NCBI GenBank assembly: GCA_050633305.1
Contig: JBOEGF010000008.1
Coordinates: forward strand, 350,459-414,458
DNA length: 64,000 nt
DNA from: Nannocystales bacterium
GTDB lineage: Bacteria; Myxococcota_A; Polyangia; Nannocystales; Nannocystaceae
Direction: 5' to 3'
Position numbers and translations under genes: made by a program. Of the stretch, positions 18,858 to 28,775 are shown piece by piece. Every line of letters begins with the position of its first letter. Within the stretch, counting starts at the first letter, position 1. The notes beneath the pieces are model-generated. The model worked only from the letters and a program-made list of their open reading frames with translations, did no database searches and was not told the DNA's origin.

Positions 18858-20552
18858 ATGACCACCCGACGCAGATTCCTCAAGTATCTGGCAACGATCC
18901 CGGCGTGCGATGCTGCGAGGCCTTCGTCCAGCGCCGATGTGTCATCGGGCACTGCCGCACGGGCTGGGCTGTTCGACGACGGCCGACCCGACATCGTGTT
19001 CATCTCGGTCGATGACCTCAACGACTGGCCCACGCCGTTCGAAGGCCCAAAGCCCACCATCGACCCTCAGGACGTGCTGACCCCGAACCTGGAGGCGCTC
19101 GCGCAGCAAGGCACGGTGTTCCAGCGGGCGTACTGCGCCGCCCCGATGTGCGGGCCCTCGCGCTCCGCCACGCTGACCGGGCTTCCGCCCTATGTCTCCG
19201 GCGTGACCCAGGCGGAGAACATCATGGTGCCGAAGACCGACGATTTCGGTCCGCTGTTGGAGGCTCCGACAACGACCCTCCCCAGGCTGCTCCATGAGTC
19301 GGGCTACCGCACCTACGGTGCGGGGAAGGTGTTTCACGGGGGGGGGTTCGGAAGCGCAGACCGAAAGTTCCCCACGTGCGGCGTGGACCCCGAAGACCCG
19401 TCGTACGACTCGTGCGCCTGGGATGACTATCTGTTCTTGAGCAAACTCGTGCCGAAGGGGGCCTGCACTCCGAGACCCAAGGAGCCGACCGACATCTCGG
19501 ATTCCGCTCTCCCCTGCCCTGGTCCGTTCGATCCGGCCACGTCGATGTTGCCCGACGCTCGCGTCGCTCGGTACGGCATCGATCGATTGAATCAGGCAGA
19601 CCTCACCGAGCCCATGTTCCTGGCGCTGGGCTTCTTCAAGCCCCACAAACAGTGGGAGGCCCCCCAGGAGTTCTACGACCTGTACCCCGATGACAGGCTC
19701 GCGGAGCTCGATGCCGCGGTCGAGCGGGCCGACCAGGACGACCTCACGTTCACCGGCTGCGTGACCCTTCGGGACGCGAGAAACTCCCCCCCGGATGCCA
19801 CCTGGGATTCCGCGACCCGGAAGGCGATTCGAGGATACCTGGCATGCGTCAGCTACGTCGACCATCTGCTCGGGACTGTTCTCGACGCCATCGCCCAGCG
19901 ACCCCGTCGAACGGTGGTCGTCCTATGGAGCGACCACGGATACTTCATGGGCGAGAAGCGTGGCTGGAAGAAGCCCTCCCTGTACGAGCGAGCAACCCGT
20001 GTCCCGTTGATCATCGCAGACACGGCCGCGCCGACGGCTCAGTCCACGTTCAAGATGGCAAGCCTGATGGACCTGCTGCCCACGGTGCTGGACTATGCGA
20101 ACGTCCCCGACCCGCTCCAGTACGGAGTGAGTCTTCGGCCGCTGGTCGAGGATGCGGACACCCCCTGGTTGCAGACGAGCGTCTTGTCGACCTTCAACTT
20201 TCAAGGTGACCTCACTCGAAGGGAGGACCAGTCATTCAACGCAGATGTGGAGCGATGCATGACCGACCAGGACGTCGAAGCGTGTGGGCCCTTCGTGCTC
20301 GCGTGCCCGACTCATCCCCCCCGGCTCTCGGGCGCTTCGTTCGCGTTGCGGACCGACCGCTATCGCTTCATCCGCTACCACGACGCTGGCGGGTTCTCCA
20401 CCCAGACCGGAGCCGATTTGCCCACGCTCGAACTCTACGACTTGCAGAACGACCCCAACGAGCGCGACAACCTGCTCGTCAACGGGATCCCCTACGGCAT
20501 GGAGACGCTGGTGGGGAAACTGTCGGCCGAGCTCGACGCCAAGCTCGGGTGA
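18858..20552 (+). CDS. Formylglycine-dependent (Cys-type) sulfatase, Tat-exported, iduronate/choline-sulfatase-like
   Basis: Tat motif TRRRFLK, ISVDDL, CGPSR...LTG, GKVFH, KPH, SDHG and ELYDL..DP.E. Confidence 0.93.
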   Translation: MTTRRRFLKYLATIPACDAARPSSSADVSSGTAARAGLFDDGRPDIVFISVDDLNDWPTPFEGPKPTIDPQDVLTPNLEALAQQGTVFQRAYCAAPMCGPSRSATLTGLPPYVSGVTQAENIMVPKTDDFGPLLEAPTTTLPRLLHESGYRTYGAGKVFHGGGFGSADRKFPTCGVDPEDPSYDSCAWDDYLFLSKLVPKGACTPRPKEPTDISDSALPCPGPFDPATSMLPDARVARYGIDRLNQADLTEPMFLALGFFKPHKQWEAPQEFYDLYPDDRLAELDAAVERADQDDLTFTGCVTLRDARNSPPDATWDSATRKAIRGYLACVSYVDHLLGTVLDAIAQRPRRTVVVLWSDHGYFMGEKRGWKKPSLYERATRVPLIIADTAAPTAQSTFKMASLMDLLPTVLDYANVPDPLQYGVSLRPLVEDADTPWLQTSVLSTFNFQGDLTRREDQSFNADVERCMTDQDVEACGPFVLACPTHPPRLSGASFALRTDRYRFIRYHDAGGFSTQTGADLPTLELYDLQNDPNERDNLLVNGIPYGMETLVGKLSAELDAKLG

Positions 20553-20680
20553 CGCGGGCCACACGTCCGAACCATCCGAAGGATCGCGTCGAAGAGGAAT
20601 CGTTTTCTTTCCGTCGCAGGCGCGCGGAAGCCAGGAGCGTTTCGTCGAATCGGTAGTGCGAGTGGTGCCGACCCCTCGCA

Positions 20681-21175
20681 ATGCGAAAGGACGATATATT
20701 TCCCTCCGGGCCCCCACACGAGGCCAGCGCAAGAAGCCGGGGGCACCGACGCATCACCGCATGCGGCTTCGCCGACGCGACGTATACCTGGAACCTCGAC
20801 GAGGGCACGCAATACGACAACTTCTCGTCCGTGTGCTTTTGCGAGACGTTTGTCGGTCTCCCTGAACCTGAACCCGAACCCGAACCCGAACCCGAGCCCG
20901 AACCCGAACCCTGCGGGACCATGTGGGAGCAGGCCTACCAAGACATGGGCGGCTTCCTGACCGGCTTCGGCCCCTCCGGAGCCTGGCAGCACGGCTCTGG
21001 GAGGGGGGAGTTCCACGTCCCGTGGATCGTGACACCTTCTGACGAGGGTTATCTCGGCGCCGCCTGTTCGGACTCTTGCACCGGCTGTGGCTACGGTTCG
21101 AATAGCGACTCCACGCAGGAGACGTTCGCGAACGGCGGTCCTGCCAGCCGCGTTCGCTGCGACTGCAGCAACTGA
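20681..21175 (+). CDS. Small Cys-rich protein with a (PE)n linker; possibly an N-terminally truncated fragment
   Basis: Protein-like composition from about 20755 onward. No signal peptide, and the first ~25 aa look non-coding. Confidence 0.5.
   Translation: MRKDDIFPSGPPHEASARSRGHRRITACGFADATYTWNLDEGTQYDNFSSVCFCETFVGLPEPEPEPEPEPEPEPEPCGTMWEQAYQDMGGFLTGFGPSGAWQHGSGRGEFHVPWIVTPSDEGYLGAACSDSCTGCGYGSNSDSTQETFANGGPASRVRCDCSN
20861..20911 (+). repeat. 6-bp tandem repeat CC(C/T)GA(A/G) encoding (PE)8
   Basis: cctgaacctgaacccgaacccgaacccgaacccgagcccgaacccgaaccc. Confidence 0.9.
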
Positions 21176-21247
21176 GGCGGCGTCCTCACGACCGCGATCG
21201 GCGGCGGAGCCCCACCATGGCTCCCCCCGGCCGCGCCGCGTGGAGAG

Positions 21248-22612
21248 CTAGCGGTGGTACGCCTGTACGAACCCGTCCACATCCCCGGACTCCACACGTC
21301 GGCCGGCGACCACGACGAGGTCGTCGGCACTCAGCGCGATGGCTGTGTAGAGCAACGTCGAAGTCTCCGGGGAGACGATGTCGATGGCCCAGACTTCCTC
21401 TCCCGCGGGGTCTCGCTTCTCGATCCGAGCCTCGTCGGGGTCCGCGTCGCTGCCTGAACTGCTGAGACGCCGCATCAACGCCACGGCGTTGTTGACACTG
21501 TCGAGGTGTAGACCATGACCTCGCCGCAACCCGGATGTGGCGCTCGAGGTTTCCGCGAAGCCGTCGTCGATGCGCAGAGTCCTCAACTGGAAGGATGCGG
21601 AGCCGAACGGGTCGAAGGTACCCGTGCCCAGGTGCACGGCATAGGCGCCGTCGTCCCCCACCGCGGCTCCGTAGAGTAGGCCGTCGGTGCGCAGCATGTG
21701 TGCTTCGAGTTGGCCGTCGAAACTCCACAAGACAGGATCGGACAGACCACCACCTGGGGCCGTCGATCCACGGACAACCACCTCGGCCGAGCCGGTCGCA
21801 AAACCGAAGAAGCGCGTGTTGTCGGGGCCCGTCTCAAGGTCCGCATAGCTCCCGTCGCTCGGGTCGACCGCTCCCAGCCACCCCCGGACAGGCTCCGCAT
21901 CTACGGTGCCCACCAGCAACCACCGCGCACCGTCCCACGTGACATCCACCGGCGCCCGGTCGCCGGGAAGGTCGGACTCCCACAACAGCTCTCCAGACGC
22001 TCGGTCCACGGCGGAGAGCCGCAGCACTTGAACGCCGGGACTGGGGTTCCACAGGTCCGACACCATCAGCGCCGCATCCTCGTTGATCCCGAGGGCATCG
22101 ACACTTCCACCCCCGCCAACCGTCGGCACCGTGGCCTCCCATGCGACGGCGCCAGAGGGGTCAAGCCCGATGAGGAACTGTTCTTCGCCCGACCAGAGGA
22201 ATCCCCCCACGACAATTCCCGCCTCGTCGGCCGCCAATACAGAAGGCGGTGCGGCACCGAGCCCCACATTCAGAGGGGTGTGCCATGCCATCGTCCCAGT
22301 AGGCCGGCAGTCCGTGTTGCAGCCGTCGAGATCCACGGTGTTGCCGTCGTCGCATTCCTCGTCCGGGTCGACGAATCCGTCACCACACCCTTCGACGACG
22401 GAGCCACTGCTCGAGCCGGATTCGTCGCTTCCACTCTCCACCCCTGTGGATGAACTGCCGATCCCCGTTTCTGTACCGCCCGTACTGCCCGTGCTTGCAA
22501 CTTCGCCTGTCGAGCCAACACCATCCTCCTCGTCGCCGTTGCTCTGGCACCCCGCTAGCGCGATCCCGAACGCGACGGTCCACCACCCCAAGTTGATCCG
22601 CATCGTGGTCAT
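21248..22612 (-). CDS. Lipoprotein with a myxobacterial Cys-rich (DUF4215-like) repeat and a beta-propeller-like C-terminus
   Basis: Lipobox LAGC, CGDGFVDPDEECDDGN...DGC, and PQQ-like W-containing repeats (GELLWE, GAVAWE). Confidence 0.82.
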   Translation of the reverse strand: MTTMRINLGWWTVAFGIALAGCQSNGDEEDGVGSTGEVASTGSTGGTETGIGSSSTGVESGSDESGSSSGSVVEGCGDGFVDPDEECDDGNTVDLDGCNTDCRPTGTMAWHTPLNVGLGAAPPSVLAADEAGIVVGGFLWSGEEQFLIGLDPSGAVAWEATVPTVGGGGSVDALGINEDAALMVSDLWNPSPGVQVLRLSAVDRASGELLWESDLPGDRAPVDVTWDGARWLLVGTVDAEPVRGWLGAVDPSDGSYADLETGPDNTRFFGFATGSAEVVVRGSTAPGGGLSDPVLWSFDGQLEAHMLRTDGLLYGAAVGDDGAYAVHLGTGTFDPFGSASFQLRTLRIDDGFAETSSATSGLRRGHGLHLDSVNNAVALMRRLSSSGSDADPDEARIEKRDPAGEEVWAIDIVSPETSTLLYTAIALSADDLVVVAGRRVESGDVDGFVQAYHR

Positions 22613-22922
22613 GCTGGCAGGGACGCCCGGAAACCGACGGGATTCAGCCACGTGTTCCGATTACGTAGAACTACGTCTTTCTCGAACCGCGCAGGCGCGG
22701 TTTCGTCACGCCAACGCGAGACGTGGGCACCCGAGCTTCCCAGCGAACACGATGAGGCCGCCCCCGAAACGCCGGGGGCGAGAGGCATTCGAGGCTCTCC
22801 CCGAGCTCAGCACACGGCTCGTCGCGGCGCCACCACGCCGCAGACGCGAGACCGGATGGCACCCATGCGCCCACGCATGAGCACAGGCAAAACAATCCTC
22901 GCCACGGCTTCGACTACGGGCC

Positions 22923-24605
22923 ATGACACCGAGAACAGCCCTATGGGTCGCCTTGACCCTGAGCACGATCGCATGCGCCGAGGACCCCGAGGTCACGGCG
23001 ACCGACACGAGCGGCTCTGATCCACAGACGGGATCGACAACCTCCGAGGCTTCGACGACGACCGGAGTCACCGGCGACACGGACATGCTCCTCACCTCAT
23101 CCTCGGCATCGAGCGGCTCAGATCCAACCCTCCTGAGCCGCACAGTCGAGGCCATGGGGGGGGAGACGGCCATCCTCGACCTTCGGTCGCTCCGATATTC
23201 GCTCGAGGGTCGCGTCGATGCACACAGCGAGACCTCGGACCCCAACGTAGGCCAACCCCGCCTCCAGCACGGGATCGCAGCCGAGGTCTCCTATGACATC
23301 GACGATGAGATGCTGCGCTACGAGTACGTCCGCAACCTGGAGATCGTAGGAACGGTCGTTACGCAGTCCGAGGTCTTCGCCGACGACCGAGGTACGTTTC
23401 TTGGCGCGGACATCGTCGGCGTCCCCGCGGGTGTCATGACGGCAGATCGGGTGGCCTCGACCCTTCGACAACAGCAGTGGCTCACTCCGGCGACCCTGAT
23501 CGCGGACGTCCTGCAGGGGACAAGAGGCTGGCACGGAGATGGCTCGACCCGGTTCGACGGTGTGGATGTGGACGTCCTTCGCGTCGACGACGAAGTCTCT
23601 CCGATCGATCTCTACATTGGGATGGACGGCACATTGCTGGGACTGCGGGTCATGGAGAACGACATGCTTCTGCGCGACGTGGAAACGACCGTGCGGTACG
23701 AAGACTGGAGAGACGTCGCGCAAGGGCCCCGAGTGCCCTACGACGTGACGATCGCCGTCGATGGCTACCCCGTGCGGGAGGAAACTCGAGCGGACATCGA
23801 AGCGAACGTCGACTTCGAGGCCGCCACGTTCGCAGAAGCTCAGGCTCTCGCCGGACCGATCGATGCCGCCCTGTTCGATCTCGGCACTCGGACCCCGCAC
23901 GGCTACCAGATGATTCCTGCTCGGATCTCCGACGGCCGCCCCTCGTTCCTGATGCCGGAGCCCCTGGCCCCGGGCGTCACGGTCCTCCGGGGCACTTTCC
24001 ACAACACCATCGTTGTCGAGCAGGAGGCAGGCCTTGTCGTGATCGAGGCTGGAGGGTACCCGGAGCGTTCCGCCGCACTTCTCGCCTGGGTCGAGGCCAC
24101 GTATCCCGATATGGACATCACGACGCTCGCCGTGACGCACCACCACTATGACGTGGTCGCAGGAGTTCGCGGCGCACTGGCCAGCGGAGCGACCCTGCTC
24201 GCATCGGCGCGGGCACAAGAGTTCTGGGCACGCGTACTCGGGGCGGAGTCCACCATCGTCCCCGACGCATTCGCCCAACTGGAACGCACGGCCCAGGTCC
24301 AGTGGGTTCCCGACGGAGCCTCTACGATGCTCCCGGACCGGACCCACCCGATTCAAGCGCACCACGTCGTCGCGCGACACGCCGAAGACTCCCTCATCTA
24401 CTGGCTCCCCGCGCAAGACCTCGTCGTCGTGACGGACCTGTACAGCCCAGGTTTTCCCTTCATCACGGAGGAGACCATCCACGGTGCCCAGGACTTCAAC
24501 ACCCTTCTCCTTGAACTCGAGATCCCGGAGACCACGCGCATCGTCACCGGCGTGGGGTTCGGCACACCGACCGTCGCTGAGTTCCGAGAGGAGTTCAACC
24601 TCTGA
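22923..24605 (+). CDS. MBL-fold hydrolase-like lipoprotein with a degenerate metal site
   Basis: Lipobox TIAC. C-terminal MBL domain has THHHYDV instead of HxHxDH, plus HAED, TDL and TGVG. Confidence 0.8.
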   Translation: MTPRTALWVALTLSTIACAEDPEVTATDTSGSDPQTGSTTSEASTTTGVTGDTDMLLTSSSASSGSDPTLLSRTVEAMGGETAILDLRSLRYSLEGRVDAHSETSDPNVGQPRLQHGIAAEVSYDIDDEMLRYEYVRNLEIVGTVVTQSEVFADDRGTFLGADIVGVPAGVMTADRVASTLRQQQWLTPATLIADVLQGTRGWHGDGSTRFDGVDVDVLRVDDEVSPIDLYIGMDGTLLGLRVMENDMLLRDVETTVRYEDWRDVAQGPRVPYDVTIAVDGYPVREETRADIEANVDFEAATFAEAQALAGPIDAALFDLGTRTPHGYQMIPARISDGRPSFLMPEPLAPGVTVLRGTFHNTIVVEQEAGLVVIEAGGYPERSAALLAWVEATYPDMDITTLAVTHHHYDVVAGVRGALASGATLLASARAQEFWARVLGAESTIVPDAFAQLERTAQVQWVPDGASTMLPDRTHPIQAHHVVARHAEDSLIYWLPAQDLVVVTDLYSPGFPFITEETIHGAQDFNTLLLELEIPETTRIVTGVGFGTPTVAEFREEFNL

Positions 24606-24670
24606 AACGCCTCCCGCGGGCAAGGAGGCTTCAGTAACGCCGGCAGTACCGTTGGCGTTCCCCGTGCCAC

Positions 24671-26305
24671 ATGTTGCATATACAACCTTCCGCAAGAACG
24701 AACGTCGGGGAACTCAAGACCCTAGCCGTGTGCACGGGGTTCGTCCTCGCCCTGGTTGGCGGCCAAGTCGGATGTGACGGCGACCCCCCTGCCGCCGAAG
24801 ACCCGATTGCGCTGCTGTACGCGTCGGTGGGCGGCGCTGACGCCCTGGCGTCGTTTGAAACGGTGACCTACGAGGCTTCCGGCTCGCAGTTCGTCCATTC
24901 AGAAGCCCACAGGCCCGGCGAGCTGTTGCAGACGAACACGTTCGAGGCCGAGGTGGCCTATGAGTGGTCGAGCGGCCGCAGCCGTTCGTCGGAAGTCCGA
25001 GACACACAGTTTCCTTTCCCACTCCCGCGGCAGTTCACGCGTCTGCTGCAGGGTGGGTCGGGGTGGACCGACGGCTTGGAAGGCGTGCCGGTGTTGGCCC
25101 CTCCAGGGGACATCGACCCGGACAAGGCAGCCGGACACGCGCGGGTGCTGGAGTTGCTCGTGCCGCAGATCTTGCTCCGGAAGGTCGCGACAGGACAACT
25201 GAGCGCCGAGTACGAGGGGTTGGACGACTTCGAGAGCTCCCCCCACCATCGCTTCCGGCTCGGTGAGGGCGCAGAAGCGGTGGAGGTCTTCGTGGACCAG
25301 GACTCCGGGCGCCTCGACGGGATGCGGCTGGCGGTCCACGACACCCTGTTGTGCGATCAGGACCTCGAGGTCCATTTCGAATCGTGGTCAGATATCGGCG
25401 CGTTCCCCTTTCCCGGACACGCGGAGCTTCGTGGATTCGGAGGCGTGATTCACACCGAGGACCGGACGATGGTGGAGATCAACGAAGCGTTGGACCCCGA
25501 CCTATTCGCCGTACCACCGGAGGCCCTCCTGCCCGAAGACGCGGCGCTGGCAAACCGAGGCCGACTCCAGTTCCCTTACTACCACTTCACCTCGGCGATG
25601 GGTGTCCCGTTCTCACTCAATCAAGACCAGATCGAGGCTATCCCGCTCGCCGAAGGGGTGACGATGTTGGTCGCGACTCACAATAGTTTGGTGATCGAGC
25701 AGGCCAACCGCATCGTCGTCATCGAGGCTCCGCTGGACGGGCGACGCTCGGAGGCGATCCTAGGCTGGGTTGAATCTGAGTATCCAAGCAAACCCGTTTC
25801 CCACGTGATCTCCACTCATCACCATCTCGACCACGCGGGTGGACTCCGTCGGTTCGTCGCCGAAGGCGTCGCTGTCATCGTCGCCGAGTCAGGGACGGCG
25901 TTCCTCGAAAACGAAGTGGTCGGAGCAACGTGCTCCATCCTGCCGGACACGCTCGCCCTCTCTCCAACACCGGCGGAGCTCATCGGGGTCTCGGCCGGGT
26001 CCAGCCTGTCGCTCGACGACCCGCAGGTCCCCGTCATCGCCTATCAGATCGACACCGAACACGCGGCCGATATGCTGATCGTGCACCTTCCGCAGCAAGG
26101 GATCACCTTCAACTCCGACCTCTACTCACCGCTACCGCCCGAGTTGAAGGGCCTGGTGACGCCGTACTTTCGCGACATCGAACTCTTGGACTTCAGCGCA
26201 GGGCTGGCGCAGCACGCCATCGTTCCGCAGGTCATCGTGGGCGGGCATGGAGCCGTCGCAACCGGAGAGGCCTTCGCAGCCGACGTCGCGGCGCTGGAGA
26301 GGTGA
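24671..26305 (+). CDS. MBL-fold metallo-hydrolase lipoprotein
   Basis: Motifs THHHLDHAGG, EHAAD, SDL and GGHG. Lipobox-like QVGC. Paralog of the upstream gene; start uncertain. Confidence 0.85.
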   Translation: MLHIQPSARTNVGELKTLAVCTGFVLALVGGQVGCDGDPPAAEDPIALLYASVGGADALASFETVTYEASGSQFVHSEAHRPGELLQTNTFEAEVAYEWSSGRSRSSEVRDTQFPFPLPRQFTRLLQGGSGWTDGLEGVPVLAPPGDIDPDKAAGHARVLELLVPQILLRKVATGQLSAEYEGLDDFESSPHHRFRLGEGAEAVEVFVDQDSGRLDGMRLAVHDTLLCDQDLEVHFESWSDIGAFPFPGHAELRGFGGVIHTEDRTMVEINEALDPDLFAVPPEALLPEDAALANRGRLQFPYYHFTSAMGVPFSLNQDQIEAIPLAEGVTMLVATHNSLVIEQANRIVVIEAPLDGRRSEAILGWVESEYPSKPVSHVISTHHHLDHAGGLRRFVAEGVAVIVAESGTAFLENEVVGATCSILPDTLALSPTPAELIGVSAGSSLSLDDPQVPVIAYQIDTEHAADMLIVHLPQQGITFNSDLYSPLPPELKGLVTPYFRDIELLDFSAGLAQHAIVPQVIVGGHGAVATGEAFAADVAALER

Positions 26306-26564
26306 ACACGGCGGTCGAACCGTTGGAGGCCCTCGATTCATCCGGGCATCGCAAGCGGAGCACCGCGACGCGGTCCTGTTGCGAATCCGGGTCGGCGGAA
26401 ATGCGGCAGATTGCGCGGTCGAACGGGTCGCCTCGCCCCCGCGGCAACAACCTGCAATGAGGCTCCGAGTCCCAAACACGCGCATCGGGCCACGGCTCGG
26501 GTATTTGCGCGACCAAAGCCCTGCTGGTATTGTCCGCGCGAATTCGCGCAGGATAAAACAAACC

Positions 26565-27089
26565 GTGCAAGCAACACTCAAAGCATTTGTAGCCATCTCC
26601 GCATTTCTCGTGGCAACCCCCGCCCTTGCTAACAATGGGACCTGGGAACAGCTCTCCGGGGGCGCCACGTATTGGGGCAATGACGATTACGCCTGCTCGG
26701 GCAACAACTACGACATCTATTGGCACAACAGCCAGAGTGTGCAGGACCTGATCGGCGAGGACTGCGAATCCCCCGGCGAGAGTTTCTCGGTCCCGATCTA
26801 CTCGCAGCAGGGCTGGGACTGCGACGAGATTTTCCTATTCACCGACCTCGAGTGCGTCGCCCCCCAAACGACGGGGTCGTGGGAACGCGAAGGCGGCCAG
26901 TACTGGGGGAACGACGACTACGCCTGCTCCGGAAACAACTACGAGTTCTTCGACTACGGGTCTCAGTACACCGAAGACCTGGTCGGCGAGGACTGCGTGT
27001 TGGGGGACGCGATTTCGATCCCCGTGTACTCGCAGCAGGGGTGGGACTGCGACGAGATCTTCCTGTTCGAAGACTTCGTCTGCGAGTAG
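26565..27089 (+). CDS. Secreted protein made of two tandem ~75-aa Cys-containing repeats
   Basis: Signal peptide (…ATPALA). Two copies of YWGNDDYACSGNNY…DLxGEDC…S(V/I)P(I/V)YSQQGWDCDEIFLF. GTG start inferred. Confidence 0.8.
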   Translation: MQATLKAFVAISAFLVATPALANNGTWEQLSGGATYWGNDDYACSGNNYDIYWHNSQSVQDLIGEDCESPGESFSVPIYSQQGWDCDEIFLFTDLECVAPQTTGSWEREGGQYWGNDDYACSGNNYEFFDYGSQYTEDLVGEDCVLGDAISIPVYSQQGWDCDEIFLFEDFVCE

Positions 27090-27262
27090 CGACCCCTCGC
27101 GCGCTCAGGCGCCGATAGGTTCCCGCGTTGGCGCGGGTTGGGGACCCCCCTTGGGGAGGTCGTCCCCGAGCGTGCCTTCGTCATCCGGCAGGCGAGGGCA
27201 CCGTGGTGGAGACCGTGGACTGGGTACCGACACCGCGGGTTCGTTCGGCTATGCTCTCGCCG

Positions 27263-27772
27263 ATGTTCGAGCCCGATGTGGTCGCGTACACCGATGGAGG
27301 GTGCCGAGGGAATCCCGGGATCGGTGGCTGGGGCTTCGTGCTCATCCATCCAGGCTCGCGCACGGCATTGGAGCAGGCGGGCGGCCTGGGCGAGGCGACC
27401 AACAACCGTATGGAGCTGATGGCAGCCCTCGAGGCGTTGTCGAGTGTGCGCCGCCCCCAAAGCCGGGTGTTGGTGTGTACCGACAGCCGATACGTGATCG
27501 ACTGCTGCTCCAAGTGGATGGCCGGCTGGAAGGCGCGAGGGTGGACACGCAAGGACGGGGCCCTCAAGAACGTGGAGCTGCTTCAGGCGTTGGACGCTGC
27601 CCTCGACAAACACGAGGTGCGCTGGCAGTGGGTCGCGGGGCACAGCGGGGACATCGGGAACGAGCGCGCGGACGCGCTCGCGAACCTGGCGATGGATGCA
27701 ATTGCGAGCAACCGTGAGCCCAGCTTCGAGCGCCGGACGCAGTGGACCGGACCGCTCCCCGCCTCGACGTAG
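27263..27772 (+). CDS. rnhA: Ribonuclease HI
   Basis: Motifs YTDGGCRGNPG, TNNRMEL, TDSRY and WVAGHSG..GNERADALA. Start 27251 or 27263. Confidence 0.95.
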   Translation: MFEPDVVAYTDGGCRGNPGIGGWGFVLIHPGSRTALEQAGGLGEATNNRMELMAALEALSSVRRPQSRVLVCTDSRYVIDCCSKWMAGWKARGWTRKDGALKNVELLQALDAALDKHEVRWQWVAGHSGDIGNERADALANLAMDAIASNREPSFERRTQWTGPLPAST

Positions 27773-27799
27773 CGTGGCGCGGCTACGGCGTTTGCGGAG

Positions 27800-28651
27800 T
27801 CACTCCTGGGTGATGACCATCGGACCGTATGCCTCGCCCTGCAACCGATTGCGGGCAACCGGGCTGGGTCCGTAGCTCGTGTTGAATTCGTACCCCGCCG
27901 TCCAAGAGTCGCTGCTTGCGTCGTACTGAAACTCGCAGGCCCAGTCCCCGCGCTCCCAGTCTTCATCCAGCGAGAGGATCACCTCGCGATACAACCCGGT
28001 GTCATCCAGACGGCCACGCAGCTCTCGGAATCCGACAACCACATCGGGGTTGTGGTTCATTTCGTACCAACACGCGCCTTCGAGTTCGACTTCGCCGTTG
28101 GCCAGGTGCCGAATCTCGACGTCGGCGTGGGCGGTCAGATAGACATACGGGTGGCAGTAGGAGTACCCGCGGGAGGCGTACCAGTCGCACCCCCTCCTCC
28201 GGCCGTGCGCATCCAACGTTCCATACTCGATACGAGGGGTCAGCACACCGCTCGCCTCGACATAGTCGACCATCCGCCCCAGCGCTCTCGGGCCGACATA
28301 GGGAACCGCGTCGAGCTCCGCCAGCGTTGCGAACGGCGTGTCATCCTCGGTGCCTTCAACGCCGTCTGGACCCGCTCGACGGGCAACAATGCCATTCGCG
28401 GCGCGAACGTCCAGGCCGACGTTGCCGTTCGCGGCGGAGTCGTCCAACGTCGCGTGGCTCGCCGTGTTCGCGAGCTCGAGCACCGCCGCTTCCAGTGGAC
28501 TTCCCGGCTCGGGCACGTTCGCTCCGTCCGCCTTGCCACCACCAAAACTGGCATGCTCTGCATCACCGTCGTTGTCCCCACCAGGCTCCGACGCACAAGC
28601 CCCAACGAGCAGGGCGAGGGACAACACCAGGGACGAAACTCGTTCATTCAT
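27800..28651 (-). CDS. Lipoprotein with a GKADG motif and a helix-hairpin-helix (ComEA-like) domain
   Basis: Lipobox VGAC, GGKADG, then ANTAS..TLD...GL...AA.GIV...PFATLAELDAVPYVGP. Confidence 0.72.
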   Translation of the reverse strand: MNERVSSLVLSLALLVGACASEPGGDNDGDAEHASFGGGKADGANVPEPGSPLEAAVLELANTASHATLDDSAANGNVGLDVRAANGIVARRAGPDGVEGTEDDTPFATLAELDAVPYVGPRALGRMVDYVEASGVLTPRIEYGTLDAHGRRRGCDWYASRGYSYCHPYVYLTAHADVEIRHLANGEVELEGACWYEMNHNPDVVVGFRELRGRLDDTGLYREVILSLDEDWERGDWACEFQYDASSDSWTAGYEFNTSYGPSPVARNRLQGEAYGPMVITQE

Positions 28652-28775
28652 GTAGGGAGAGACGCGACCCACCCCCAACTGATCCCGTGCGTGCGCTCAC
28701 GAGTCCGGTGCCAGCGCAGAGCGCCCCGGGCCGTATCTGCTCGACCGGGGCCTGCCTTCACCGATGCTGTCGCGC

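Noticed and set aside
26525..26539. Possible sigma-54 promoter (TGG-N10-GC)
   Set aside because: Only the minimal GG/GC spacing matches, which is too weak in GC-rich DNA.
27263..27772. RNase H as part of a retroelement or retron
   Set aside because: No reverse transcriptase motifs in the window. It is an ordinary stand-alone RNase HI.
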